From positions 1-64,000 of the IMG/VR virus record IMGVR_UViG_3300010351_000784: 64,000 nt of DNA; one strand, written 5' to 3'. The DNA comes from a virus. Taxonomy: Duplodnaviria > Caudoviricetes. A program made the position numbers and the translations under genes. A model generated the notes under the pieces. It saw nothing but the letters and a program-made list of their open reading frames with translations, was not told the origin of the DNA and made no database searches. Of this stretch, positions 30,155-43,545 are shown one piece after another. The stretch's first letter is position 1; the number at the start of each line of letters is the position of its first letter.

Positions 30155-33088
30155 TTAAGTGTAAATCCAGTCTGGCGCACTAAGTCCATCCGCAAGACTT
30201 GACTCTGCTGTGTCTACTGGAATGCTCATAAAATCAATTTTACCAGAAACAGGAACTGCCATAAATCCAGTATCATTATTATTTCGTGCCTTATTTACGC
30301 GGGCGTCTAATGGAATGTCTGGAGTCGTGCAAGGAGAAATCATACCCTCTCCTTCTTCTCCTTGGCTTTGTGAATAACCATTTGTATCAATTGTAATTCC
30401 TGGCGCCCAGCCAACTTGACATCCATCATTGAAGACATCTACATTATTTTCGCTTGCCCATCTATGGTCATAGTATTTAACTTCTCCAGTAAAACTTGTA
30501 GAGAAGACTACGTCATAAGTAACTTCCTCGTCAGGGTCTCCTTCATTTATAGTTATACAAAAGCATTTTTCATTATTATCTGAAATAATTTTGAACTATC
30601 TCCATTTTCCCTTAAATTCTGGGCTGTAATAACAAGTTCCATCACACATATCCCAGTTAGAGTTGTCATAGAAAGAATCATATTTCTTAATTAAATTACA
30701 AGAAATGATTTTTCCAACTTCAACACTTTCACCATCTACTTGGATAGTCATTACGCCAGATTCGCCGTCGATTGTAACAGCATCAATATCATATGCTTGT
30801 TCATAAGAATCATCGGTTGGAGGAACCTCCAATGAATATTCTGAAGGAATGAAGTGGTAAATATGACATAAAGCACCGATATCCCAATATAGCACGCTAC
30901 CACTACCAATCCATGGAGTTACTCCGATTGCTGTTGCAACATAGCAAGGCTGTGAAAGGTTATTAGATTTAATTAAATAATTTTTTACTGCAATAAGACC
31001 ATGTTTCTTTAAGAATGCTTCGTTAATTTCTGTACAGCTTTTTTCAGTAGGGTTCTCGCTGAAACATAAATCAGTTGAACTTTGTCCAAGCTAATCTTTA
31101 TCATATAAGTATGTTGACCAGTCATTCAAATAGAACTTAAGTTCACTTCTATTTGTATCAGGATTTATATCGCTGGTATGAGTTGTAACATTACCCCTCA
31201 TAAGAGTATGTGTCTAATCACTCATTCTTGCAGTTTCAAATTGAATCATTCCTGTTCTAAGATAACTTCCGACCTTAATAACATGAGCAGTAGTGTTAAA
31301 CAGATTATTAGAATGAGATTCTTTCATGGTTTTTGCTTTCCAAGAAGTAACCTCACCCATGTAATAACCAGGGTATCCAGCAGTTGGATTTCCACAAACA
31401 ACTTCAAGATTTTCTGGAACAGCTCTTTTTTCATCATAATAACGTAAATAAACTATATTATTCTTAACAGCCTGACTTGTATAATATCCAAGTCTTCCAA
31501 GTACTCCGCCTCCTTCAATAAGCTGCGCGGCAGCATCATAAATATCAATATCAATACAGGTAAAATTAAAACCATTTGGCGTTGCCTAACAGCTAACCCA
31601 ATTGTTAGATACAGAAGTCTATAGGCAACCATAAAGAATAAATCGTGCATAATCTGCTCTTGTTACTGAAGTCTTACTGAAAGGAGATGAATAATAAATA
31701 CATTCGTCTTTTGATTGCTTTGAAGAATAAATATGAGAAGAGAAGCGAGGTAAAAGAGTTTCTCCTTCTTGAAGAGGTCTAAAGGCTCTTTCATATTTAG
31801 GAGAAATAATTATTTCTCTTGTTGGAGTCTCTTCATTGGGAGTATAAACGTTCTCAGGAATTTCAACAAGCTTATAAACGGTCCATTCTTTTGTACCCTG
31901 ATGGTACATATAAACGCCAGGGTACCAGCTTGCTGCATAATAATTATGCTTATAATTTTCAAGACGAATATAAGGAATAATACAAAGATTTTTATCTGCA
32001 TATCTTTCTATTAAATATGCAAGTCTCTTTTCTACCTCTGCGTCAAAATTTGTTCCACGAGTAACATTGAGATAGCCATGACCATCATCTTCATAAGAAT
32101 ACCAATCTACACTTACATCAATATCAATATAATCATACTATCTACCATGTTCATTATCTCTTATCTGTAATGGAAGGTGAATAATAGCAACTTCACTACC
32201 ATTTTTCTTTTGTGTTGTTGCCGCGATGCCTGTCCAAAGATAAAGAATGTTTTCCCAAATTTCAGAGACTTCGCGAGTTAATCCTTCCCACATTTTAAAA
32301 AGAGGATTATCAGGGTCAAAAAGATAAGCACTAATAGCCGCAATAGTCTGTGTAATAACCCAGAAGTTTCTGTCAAGGTCTTCTATCTCAACTCTTCTAC
32401 CATATTGAGGCATAAGGAGTCTTATCCAATTTTTAAATGTAAGTTCTCCCTCTTCTTCACCAGGCGCAGGATTCTAAGGGGAGCGAGTGTATTGAAGCTT
32501 ACTCTAATTTTTAAGAATATTATAAACCTCGTCACACTTACGAACATCATCATAGTTATCATTATCAATGTTCCACCAAGGTTTTACCCACTGGTCACCG
32601 CCACGAATCTCCGGAAGATTAAGTCCTGCATCGGCATCTTTTAAAACATTAACGGTGATATCATGTTCGTCGCCATCAATATTAAGAAGAACTTTATTTT
32701 CGTTCTACTCAAAATTTTTAATGAAAAATTCAATTAGTTTTTGCATTGACTCATTCCAAAAACTATCTTCTCCTTCACTGATAAGCTCTTTTATATCATT
32801 ATAAAGTGCGCTATAAATTGGAGTTTGTTCTAAATCTTTTAAATCTGCATTTTGAGTTATGAAACCCATCAAGGTTCTAATATCTTCATCTTCTATATCC
32901 TCTGGACCTCCAATATCATCTGCTATCCATCGGATTGGAGACTCCTCGCTCTTTAAAAGGGCGAGGAACTTCTTCCAAAAGATAGCTTCAGTTTGAGGAG
33001 TAAGATTAAGAGATTTAATTAAAACACTGATATCAGTAACAGTTTTAAGAGATTTAAACCATTTAATCTGTTCAGGCGTTGCTGCCAT
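30155..33088 (-). CDS. Large putative virion protein, paralogue C (977 aa, TAG=Gln)
   Basis: Joins in-frame ORFs; RLLMPQYGRRVEIEDLDRNFWVI, EIWENILYLW, GYYMGEVTSW. Confidence 0.75.
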
Positions 33089-33101
33089 TATTACTCACCT
33101 C

Positions 33102-36100
33102 TCATATTTCATCTTCCCAGATATATGCTTGCCAGTCGGTTAATGAGTCACCATTCTGCATTTTTGCTCGACCATTATCTTTATACCTATCATAATTTCT
33201 TTCTTTTCCTTTGCTATATTTTTTGCCGCTTCCATTTAAGTTCATAAAGGCTACGTAATTACTTCTTAAATCATTAAAACCTTTTTCACTACCATTTAAA
33301 GTTGCACCTTTGGTCCAAGTTAATGCATCCGGCTACCACTCAGATGAATCTTTACGGCTATAAGTCTAAGAGCCCCATTGATTTTCGCCAGGACCGAAAG
33401 CAAGAATAGTCTGCCCCATGAAGATTCCACCATCGACATAATAGCCATCGGGATTTACAAATTCTGTTTTATTTAAGAATTCGTATATTTCTTCAATATC
33501 GTTCTAATAATCAGTGTCATTTTGAATATCAATTTCTTGCTAAATTGACGGCTAAGTGCCATGGACATCAGACCATCTTTTAGCATCATCATCACCTTCC
33601 CAATCATGAACATCACTTGGCATTGTATAAATTTTGTTTAAAGCTCTTACACTACCAAGATAATTAGGAGAGTTTACATCACTAAATATTGGAACATGCT
33701 GACCACCATAACAAGAAATAAACATAATTGACCAGTTAGTAGAAGTTAATTTATCATCCTCATTTCTTCTCAAAATGATAAATTCATTATCAGAATGATT
33801 CGTTCCGTATGATTTTTCATATCCTTCTTCATCTCTTGTATATATCCAGTATATACCATTAAAACCAAGCTGGTCAGTTACTAAAGGATAATAGTATTCT
33901 TGTTTTTCGCCCTTGACATAGAACATAATACCAAAGCCACAAGGAAGGCTATAACCAGCGGCGTAAGCTCTCTATGCTTTTAAAAATAGAATATCTTTTT
34001 TAGTATATTCTCTTTCTTCCCATATTCTATTCAATTCAGCTTCAAGTTCTACTTTATCATTAGCCCAATATTTATTCTTATAAATCAAAGGATTTTCAAC
34101 AATTTCAAATTTACTTTGGTTATCATCAGGATTCATGTTTTGATAGCTATAAGTTTCAACATGAATTTCATATTCAATAGCTTCAACATCCATATAGGTA
34201 CTAAGTACTTCTCCCTAATAATAGCCTCTCTCAATATTTGCAGAAGCCATTTCAACCTTGTCGATTTCGCCTTCATCTTTAATATCATATAGAGTTGTCG
34301 TAAGCATTCCTTCTTCTCTTAAAAAAGAAAATATACACAAGATAAGAGGATTGCCTTGAGTAACAAGATACTTTGCTAAATCTATAAAACTGATTACTAC
34401 AGTAATATCTTTATCTTCATTCCATTCACTACTCTATTCATCATAAGTATAAAGATTTCCTTCAATAGAAATCTTATCTCTTGCCATTCCATAGAATCGT
34501 ACATCATCGTCAGCAGTCTCATTCTCTGTATCGCTAAGCGGCGCCAAGTAAGAATATGTTTCTTCTTCTTCATGTAATCCATAAATATAATCTACATAGT
34601 CTTTCAAATCAACTACGATTCCTTTTTCTTCTTCATCTGGGTAAAAATAATAAACTTCCCAACCAATATCCTTATTTCTATCATATACAAATACGCCCGG
34701 ATACCAAATTACATCGTAGTAATTTCTCTCATAATTCTGTAATCTGATTTGTGGAAGAATCATAAGATTCTTCTCAGGATATTGTGAAATAAGATAGTTA
34801 AGTTTCTATTTAATAATTTCTATGCTTGTTGATGTTGTCAACTTATCGAAATTATCATATTTAAGATAAGGCAAGAATGTCTCATTTGGAATAGTAACAA
34901 CCTCAGTATAAGTTTCTCCATAAAATCTTCCTTGAGAAAGTAATGCTAATGCTGCCCAAAAGAAAGTTACATTTTCCCAAAGCTGAGCAATTTCATTAAG
35001 CAAACCTTTTATCATCGCACCGATAGGTCCATTGGGGTCAAATATATCTATACAAATTCCAGCAAGTACCTATCCGATAACCCAAAAGTTTCTATTCAAA
35101 TCTTCGACTTCAACTCTGCGCTTATACTGCGGCATTATAAGTCTTATCCATCTATTTGAACTAGACGGGTCTTTTCTAAGTCTTGTGAAATCAAGTTTTG
35201 AAGGGTCAGTTAAAGCACTAAGCTTTTTATCGTCTCCTCTTACGCGGCGATATGTTTCACCGTCAATATTATACCAAGGAATAACCCAAGGATTTTTAAC
35301 AACTTTAAATGTATATTTTTCTCCTTCGGTTTCCATTGTTACCTAAATTGTTCCTTTAGAAGGAAATGGTGGAATATGTTCAGAAACTCTTTTGCCACTA
35401 TAAATATAAGAACCTAAAGAAGTTTCACTATCAGTATGAAGGAGTTTTGTTAAATTTTCAACACTGATTTCATAACCATTTTCAATTGCAGCTAAGGTTT
35501 CAAGAGCTTCTTGTTTATAAAGAATTTTTTCATATGTAACTGACTAAAGCTCACTCTATGAATCTTTTCTGTAAGAATAAGTTATTTTATCAAAGTATTT
35601 TCCGAACCAGTATGTGTCATTCTCTCCAGCAAAACTATAACCTGCATCGGCATCTATGATGTCAATGATTCGAAGTTCTGCAAGAGTTCCCTCATAGTTA
35701 CCCCTTTCAGGAGCAATATTACCGCGAAGATGGTCAACATCTATCATGCCATCACTCTCAGGCGGCTCAACAAGTTCAATAAGTAAACCAGACTATTCAT
35801 AGGTTTTAATATTATCAGGGTCAATTCGTTGAGCAAGAATTTGCATTAACCTTGTAACAGACTCATTCCAGTAACTATTTGACCACCAACCATTATCGCC
35901 GCCGACCAAATCCTTTTTTTTATAGTCGTTACCTTGAGCTTCAAAAACTTCTTTTAAAGCATTATCTAATGAGGCATAAAGACCGTCTGGTCCATTAAAG
36001 AATTCATCCTCTCCGTATTCGGTAGACATAAACATTTCCCAATCAATATTGTTAAGGATATTACTAAGAACATCAGAGGGGACAGTTACGCCGCCCTCTG

Positions 36101-36254
36101 TATGCTCTACTGTATCACTCTTATAAACTGGGTCATTGTCATGTAAACCAAGTAGCATTTTTTGATAGAAGACTTCTTTAAGCCCACTTTCTGTAGCTAA
36201 CTTGTTTATAACAAGAGATAAGAACTCTTCTTTATTAAATTTTGTTACACTCAT
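33102..36254 (-). CDS. Large putative virion protein, paralogue B (1050 aa, TAG=Gln)
   Basis: Seven in-frame ORF fragments; RLIMPQYKRRVEVEDLNRNFWVI, QLWENV. Confidence 0.75.
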
Positions 36255-36265
36255 TTTCTCACCTC

Positions 36266-39055
36266 TTATTCTGTGTCTTCTTCTTTATTAGTGAAGGTTA
36301 CTTCATTGTTTCCGCTGTTAATATTTATTGTAGTATTATCGAAGGTTGTTTCCCAACCAGCCCCCATACTCTCTTCAGTAAAGGTATAATCAATAACGTG
36401 TTCATTATTACTATAACCATTAAGAGGTAAGGTCAATGATTCGGACGTATCTTCACCAGGACAGTCAAATATAAATGTGTCATCATAAACTACAAAACCT
36501 TCTGAGTCTACGCCATGAACATTGATGACAGCATCTCTTCTTAATCCAGAAGGAGTCGTATGAAGGTTCCTCCAATTTTTTGTAAGAACGATAGTGAACT
36601 AAGGAGTAGCTTTATGAATCCAAGATATCACTTCGCCGCGGTACCAGCCTTTAACAATTTCTTTAGATTCGTCTACTACCGCAACTGCGTTATCTTTTAC
36701 AACTTCATTTTCGCATACAAGTTTATCCTAAGTGAAGTTGTATTCACAGCTATAAACTTCTGCATCAGGAGCTCCACCGAGCTCTTTTGCTACATCTATA
36801 CAAGAAACGCTTATACCAAAATTTGTAAGCTCTCCATTTGTAAACTCAGGTGGGGTAATTATATCAAAAATAGTTCTTATTGCTGCAACATATGCTACAC
36901 CGTTTAAACCTTCACTATCATCAGCAAAGTCGCTCTTAAAATAATAGCGTGGCGAACTTTCATAAACTCCCCAAGGATTATTCTGATATAATTCACCATT
37001 GATTCTTAAATTATTTCCGAGTTCTACTATAAGATTTCTGTTTGTACTATTTTTGTTAAAAGGAATATGCTCAACTCTCTCTTGGTTTGAAACGTTTGGC
37101 TATGAAGCTGGATAAAGATTTGCAACTCCTTCTGCAACTTTTCTGTTATAGATAATTACGCCTGGGTATGAGACTCTGGCATAATAATTTTCAAGATAAG
37201 CATTCTGCCTTACTTCAGGAATAATTACCAAAGTGCTTCTATTATAAACATCTTTAAGATATTTTAATTTATCCCATATTGCATTAAGCTGAGTAGTATT
37301 ATTTCTTTGGAAATCGTCAAACTTAATATAAGGCTCTGAATAAAGACTATTGACAGGAATGGTAAGAACCATTATATCATTTTCTCTAAGAGCCTGAGAA
37401 ATCAAAGCAAAAGCTACCCAAAGATATAGAAGGTTCTCCCAAAGCTGCGCAAGTTCATCAAGCATACCATTAAACAAATCGTTGATTGGAGAATCTTCAT
37501 CAAAAAGGAATGAAAGAATTCCCGTAAGAACCTGTCCGATAACCCAGAAGTTTCGGTTTAAATCTTCAATTTCAACTGTTCTTTCATATTCGGGCATTAA
37601 GAGTCTTATGTATTTATCAAAAAGCTTATGAGTAAATTGTAAGAATCGTTTGTCATTAAGTACTCGCTTAATTTTATCATTCGCTCTTACAGTTGAATAG
37701 TTATATGGAACTGTATAAGTATCTTCATTATGTATCTTAAGAGGAGTTATATCCCATAAATAAGGAATCATACCAACCTCTTCCTGAGCGGTTTCATCGT
37801 ATAATGTTCCACGCAAAATTGCATAATAAAAATTCATAAGGTCATGATGAATGTTTGTAGAATTTGTTTCAACAACATAAGGATGCTTCTTATCATCATA
37901 TACATGTTCCCATTTATAAGTATGATGTAGATTTGGTTCATCTGTATATCCCCGTCCATTTGGGAAGTTAATGCCAAGACTTCTATAACCTTCTAACACA
38001 TAAATCCACTCATGCATCATTACTGCTGCCAAAGGAATAACTGGATAATCATAACCATCACCATAAATTTCGCAGGGGTTATAGGTTTCTCCATTATATG
38101 TTCTTGAAATATTATCTCCTAACATTCCAAATGAAATATATCCAAAAGCATTATTTGTATAAGTACACATTGTTGTACCCATCTGCCCTTTGGCGTCTAA
38201 TCCTTGGAATACAAAGAAATTGTCGTAGTGATAAGTTATATCATCAATAATCTCTGGCGGAATATTGTTAAGAAAAATTACATTTTCATGTTCGCCGCCA
38301 GGACCACTCATAACAATTGGATTATCTTCCGTATCATACTTTAGAATATCGTACTGTATAATAACATTATTATCACTAAAATTTTCTACGCTTCTTTTGA
38401 AATTATCCGCTGCTTTTACAAGTATGTCTAAGTCCGTTTGTGAAAACTCGTAAACTTCTCCACCTCTTTCAACATGAGTAAAGTAAACAAATGCAAAAGT
38501 ATGAACAGGAGTTGCCGATTTCATTTTTAATTTATTATGAGAGGTATAAAAAGGAATAAGACCTTCCTTTTTCTGCTCGTAGGTTATCTCATGAGTATCT
38601 GATGAATTCCAAGGTATAACCCAAGGCTTAGTTTCATTAAAACTATTGCCGGCATTCGCTTTTAAGATATCATCAACAGTAATATTTGTACTGTCAATTT
38701 CGCCGTGGTCAATAAAATACTAACGATAAATAGTAAGAAGTCTTTGAAAACTTTCATTCCAGTGATAAGGAGGACTTAGACAATCATCAAGAAAGCTATC
38801 AATTAAATCTGCATTATCATTTATATATTCAATTACACTTTCGACATTGCCAGGGAATATGTTCTATCTTATACCAAAAACGCCGCCAGCTTTATCATTT
38901 TCGTTTTGGAGGTATTGAAGCAAACCATCCCAAAACAAATCTTGATGTTCTGCAAATGCTCCGAGCGCCACACCGCTAAAATTCTCAGCTGTTGTGCCAT
39001 TCCTACCGGTGAGAAGCTCGTCCATTACTCCATCAAATTTCTAATAATTAGCCAC
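36266..39055 (-). CDS. Large putative virion protein, paralogue A (929 aa) with metallopeptidase-like insert
   Basis: GTG start; RLLMPEYERTVEIEDLNRNFWVI, QLWENL, GWYRGEVISW; insert has MMHEWIY. Confidence 0.75.
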
Positions 39056-39365
39056 CTTTCTTTTCACCACCAGTAAAACGGTTTATAATTTCTTTAAACT
39101 GGTCAAAACCAAACATGGAAATGAAAGAAACCACAAAGCCGCCAAAGATTGCCATTATAATTGAAGTAACAGTAATTGTTCCAAACACAAATGTATATAC
39201 AAGAACAACAACAAATGAAACAATCATTGTAAGAGCTTTTGTTGGAAAAGATTTTGGAAGAACTGCTTTAAGCACCTCAACGATAATCGCAGTAGCTGCT
39301 GCAAGAATTCCGACCAAACCTAATACTGAGCCGCCCAAAGTTGTTAATGCTCCCATTCGTCTCAC
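39048..39365 (-). CDS. Holin
   Basis: Three TM helices, basic tail, near endolysin. Confidence 0.7.
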   Translation of the reverse strand: MRRMGALTTLGGSVLGLVGILAAATAIIVEVLKAVLPKSFPTKALTMIVSFVVVLVYTFVFGTITVTSIIMAIFGGFVVSFISMFGFDQFKEIINRFTGGEKKGG

Positions 39366-39366
39366 C

Positions 39367-40386
39367 TCACTTTAAATAATATTCATAGTTCTCATTGAAC
39401 TCTGAGTAGTCTTCGTTCTTTACTCGGTAAGTATATTCAGGCATTGATACGTTTGTTACAACAGTTAAGAAGTGAGCAAGAGAAGTTGTAACCATATTCT
39501 GATAAACTTCTGCAAACTTTTTCTTTATTGTTTTATCATCAATTTTTGAATATGCTGCCTCATAAAACCAACGAGCAAGTTTAAGAATTTCTATTGCTTT
39601 AGCTTCGCCTTTGTTCTGAAATACGTCTAAGAAATGGAAATAAATTCTTATCCAAACTGCGATACAATGATAAACACATTTATCTTTATACTCAATTCCT
39701 CTTAGTACGCACTGGTCATAAACCCATATCATATTCTCAACGTAACTCTTGAAACCTTTGTATTTATATTCGTGATTGTTTTCACGAGTTATTGAAGATG
39801 GTTGAAATCTCCAAAAATAAACTGGCTATAAAAGCCAAGTAACATTATCTGTACAAAGAGAACAAAGAGTACAGAAACTATTATCTTCATTTGCTCTTGT
39901 ATCATTAAAATTTATATTGTTCTTTCTCAGAAACTCTGTCTTATAAAGTTTTGCAAAACACCAAATAAAACTGCGCTCATGGATATAAGTTGTTCCATCT
40001 TCAAGTTCCTCAATAGTTTGTCCACAAATCATATCTGCATTTGGATTTGCAAGAGCTTCACTATAAAGTCTTTGAAGCACCGTACTGTCAATATATTTAT
40101 CATCTGAGTCGATGAAGGTAATATATTTCCCTACTGCTTTATCAACGCCCATATGGCGGCAAACACCAGGACCAGCGTTCTTTTCTGGCTTAAGGATTGT
40201 TAAATTAAGATTGAGAAAATCGTTATAGACTTCTGAATAATTTTCAGTAGAACAGTCATCAACAATAATAACTTCAATCATTTTATTCATTCCCTAATCT
40301 GCAATACTCTAAAGACAATCTCTGAAATAATCAATAGATGTATTATAAAGCGGAATTATAATACTAATCTTTACTGATTGTTTCAT
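39367..40386 (-). CDS. Glycosyltransferase family 2 (339 aa, TAG=Gln)
   Basis: ISIIIPLYN, IIVDDCS, YITFIDSDD, NED. Confidence 0.85.
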
Positions 40387-40409
40387 ACTCCTTTCCTCCT
40401 TATTAAAAG

Positions 40410-40437
40410 AGCCGCCATCCGCTTACTGAATGGCGGC
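40410..40437 (-). terminator. Intrinsic terminator after endolysin
   Basis: GCCGCCAT/ATGGCGGC hairpin plus U-tract. Confidence 0.65.
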
Positions 40438-40445
40438 GTAATTAC

Positions 40446-41531
40446 TTAAGCCTTTACAATCTTAACCTGAATTTTATCAATAGCCTTTCCGTAAAGACCT
40501 GCATAGTCTTCGAGACCCTTAACCCATGGAAGGTAAGCGCCAGTGCCGAAGAGTGAAACTCTGTACATTGCCTGATAGCCAGGAGCACCAACAAGTTCCA
40601 TCTGAAGACCATCAACTGTACAGCCAGGATATCCTGCAACACCGTTGTTCCAGTCAGCCTTATTGTACTGGTCAATCCAGCTATACCATTTGTTTTCGTT
40701 TTTAACATGAACTCTGTACTTAAGTTTACCTTCTGATGTTTTTGCGCCGAAGCCTGAGATAATATAATTCTCAATACCAGCGTAGCCGTTTATATTAACA
40801 TCATTGCAGTTCTTAATTTCACCAAGCCAACGACCTGGGATATATGCACTATATACTACGTCAATAGTTTTTTCAACAGGCTTTACTGGCTCTGGAGTAG
40901 GTTCAGGCTTTGTATCTTCCTCTTCCTTCTTTGCATAGTCAACATAACTCCAGTCTTCATCAACATCGCCGTTAATGCCGCTGTACTTACCTTTCCAAGA
41001 ATACTGCCACATTTCCTTATGACCAGGATAACCAGTATTTGAAAGTGGTGCACCACCATTACCAACGTGTGCAAGCCATACATCATACTTACCTTTTACT
41101 TCATCTGTAAAGTAGGTCTGGAATGTGTAGTATGAAGAATAAAGACCAACCTTATATCCTGCCGCCTTGAGAGCTTCACAGAATACTTCTGCAATCTTAG
41201 AAACATTTGCCTTACCTGTTGCAAATACTGAGTTCTCTTCAATATCATACCATACAGGATAGTCCATCTTTCTGCCGCTTAAGCACTTAATACAAGCTTC
41301 AGCTTCTCTCTTTGCATCGTCAACTGTTTTAGCATAGTTATACCAATAGCCGCCTACTGGAATATTGTTTGCTTTACAGCCTGCATAGTTAGCTTCAAAT
41401 CTTGTATCCTTCTGCGATACTTCACGACCATAACCGATACGAAGTATAGCGAAGTCAATTTCTTTCTTTGTCTGCGCCCAGTTAATGGAGCCGTTCCAGA
41501 CACTTACATCAATACCCTTAAGCTGTGCCAT
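40446..41531 (-). CDS. Endolysin, GH25 muramidase + C-terminal binding repeats
   Basis: GIDVS, WYDIEE, MWQYS, VDED; linker; YRVHV..W..W repeats. Confidence 0.9.
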   Translation of the reverse strand: MAQLKGIDVSVWNGSINWAQTKKEIDFAILRIGYGREVSQKDTRFEANYAGCKANNIPVGGYWYNYAKTVDDAKREAEACIKCLSGRKMDYPVWYDIEENSVFATGKANVSKIAEVFCEALKAAGYKVGLYSSYYTFQTYFTDEVKGKYDVWLAHVGNGGAPLSNTGYPGHKEMWQYSWKGKYSGINGDVDEDWSYVDYAKKEEEDTKPEPTPEPVKPVEKTIDVVYSAYIPGRWLGEIKNCNDVNINGYAGIENYIISGFGAKTSEGKLKYRVHVKNENKWYSWIDQYNKADWNNGVAGYPGCTVDGLQMELVGAPGYQAMYRVSLFGTGAYLPWVKGLEDYAGLYGKAIDKIQVKIVKA

Positions 41532-41685
41532 AGTTTCTCACCTCCAATTCTTCAAGAATTTCAGGATTTTCATCTATGACCTTTTCAACTTCTTCTTCAG
41601 AAATCTTCATTATTTTTGCAATATCTTTAGAAGAAAATCCATTGAAATGAGCCTTCAAAAGCTCTCTTTTAGTTTCTTCATTCAT
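41518..41685 (-). CDS. Small HTH protein
   Basis: GFSSKDIAKIMKISEEEVEKVI with GGAGG RBS. Confidence 0.6.
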   Translation of the reverse strand: MNEETKRELLKAHFNGFSSKDIAKIMKISEEEVEKVIDENPEILEELEVRNYGTA

Positions 41686-41770
41686 TATTAACTCCTCCTA
41701 AAAAAAATAGAGAGAAAAATTGTTTTCCCTCTCTATTTATGTAGAAATATTGTTGTTATGCTCTAATGAT

Positions 41771-42883
41771 TTATTTGCTGAACTTTTGGTTATATTGCTT
41801 AACGACTTCTTCAGCTTTCTTCAAGTGAATTGAGAATCCTTTATCTTGCTCTGCCGCCGCGCGGTCATTGTAAATAAAGGTAGACCAATCCCACCAGAAT
41901 ACTCCGGCGAAGTATGGAGATGGAAGGAATGTGTCATAGCAGGATTTAATAAAGTTTGCCTGCTCATTCTCGTCCCAAGCAAGGTCTTCTGTGAAGTCCC
42001 AAGGATGAGTTGAAGCCTCCTTAACAGAGCGACAACCGATTTCCATGAAGATGTATTGCTTGTTACGGTCCTTGGCGATTGCGTCAAGACGATAACGAAC
42101 TTCCATCCAATTTTTGCACATTTCTTCATATGTTCTTGATTCGCCGCCGACTGGATAGTATGCAGAAGTTCCAATATAGTCAAGTGTGTCAAACCACTCT
42201 TGGTCATCTTCGTGGTCATGATTTGTGTTGTAAATGATTTTGCCTTTGTAAACACGACGTACTTCATCAATTAAGTAAAGCCAATCATATTTACGATGTT
42301 CTGTTCCAAGCATCTCGCAGCCAATACAGAAGAGTTCTACATTAAGTTCCTGAGCAAGTTCAGCGTAGTGAAGAAGGAAGTTCTTATAGCTTATAAACCA
42401 AGCTTTCCAGTAAACATCCATATCTTCCATGTTAAGGTCTGGGAATCCAATATGTGCTCTCCACATATGGTCACGACATTCAATAATAGGTTTAAGACAA
42501 ACCTTAACGCCACGCTTATGAGCAGACTCGATAAACGCCGCAACATCGCGGTCAGTTGGAGTTGCAAGATGGTCTGCATAAATGTTTGTTGAATGGTATG
42601 TGTCTTGCCAGTTTACGACAGGAAGACAAACCCAGTTAATACCGAGGTCAAACATTTTATTCTATGACTCTATCGCGGCAGGAGAACGATATTCTCTGCG
42701 ATTTGCCATATAGCCGTAGTTGTATCCCATTATTCTTTTGCCGGACTCAATCGGAGGAATGGCGTGAGTACCGCTCACAAAGAACGGCACGCCATCTGTA
42801 TATCCGATTGGAGTTCCGGTAGTTGATGGGATTGGATAATATCCGCCACCATCTGAGCCGCCATAGAAATTGGTTGTACTCAT
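41771..42883 (-). CDS. Glycoside hydrolase family 113-like TIM barrel (370 aa, TAG=Gln at 42662)
   Basis: VCLKP, WRAHI, IGCEM, IGTSAYYP, FMEIG, GVFWWDW. Confidence 0.8.
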
Positions 42884-42903
42884 ACTCCATTCCTCCTTTT
42901 TAT

Positions 42904-43545
42904 TTAATTAAATTCTAAACATAAAGCTCCATTTGTTAAGAACTTTTTATCATTTAAAGTTATCTGTTTAATATTGTTGCTTTCTGTAGTTTGCGTTCTG
43001 ACTGCAAAACAAACATGAGGAATATATTCTCCTTCAGGACTGCCAAGTAATAATGGAAGAATTTGTGTTAAAGGAGCCTACTTATTTTCATATTCATAAT
43101 ATGGAGGTACAACATTATCCTCATAAGTCATTGCCGGCGTAGTGGGATATGAAGTATTATAAGCAATCACTGCATTTTTGCCTGTTTGGGTTTTTGCAAA
43201 AATAATAGCTTTGGTTGACCACATAATAGCAATACTGTAATCTGTTATTATAACTCTGGGGTCAACGGATAATGATGATAAATTATTTTCAGATGAAGGT
43301 CCTAAAGAATAAAGAATAACTTTGTTTGATGTCGATGACGTTAATGAAGCTGGCACGCTAATCTAACAAACAACCCTATCTCCTTTTTTAAAATTCAATT
43401 CATTGATTACAGGAGAAGACTCCCTATCTACAGTAAGAACAGTACTATCGAAATAGTCAACATCCAACTCATCAAGAGTTGCTTTTAATGAACTTAACCA
43501 AGTGAACTAATCAGTTTTATCAATTTGTATAATTGTATATGCCAT
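42904..43545 (-). CDS. Hypothetical tail-region protein (213 aa, TAG=Gln)
   Basis: Open under code 15, coupled to upstream stop. Confidence 0.65.
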
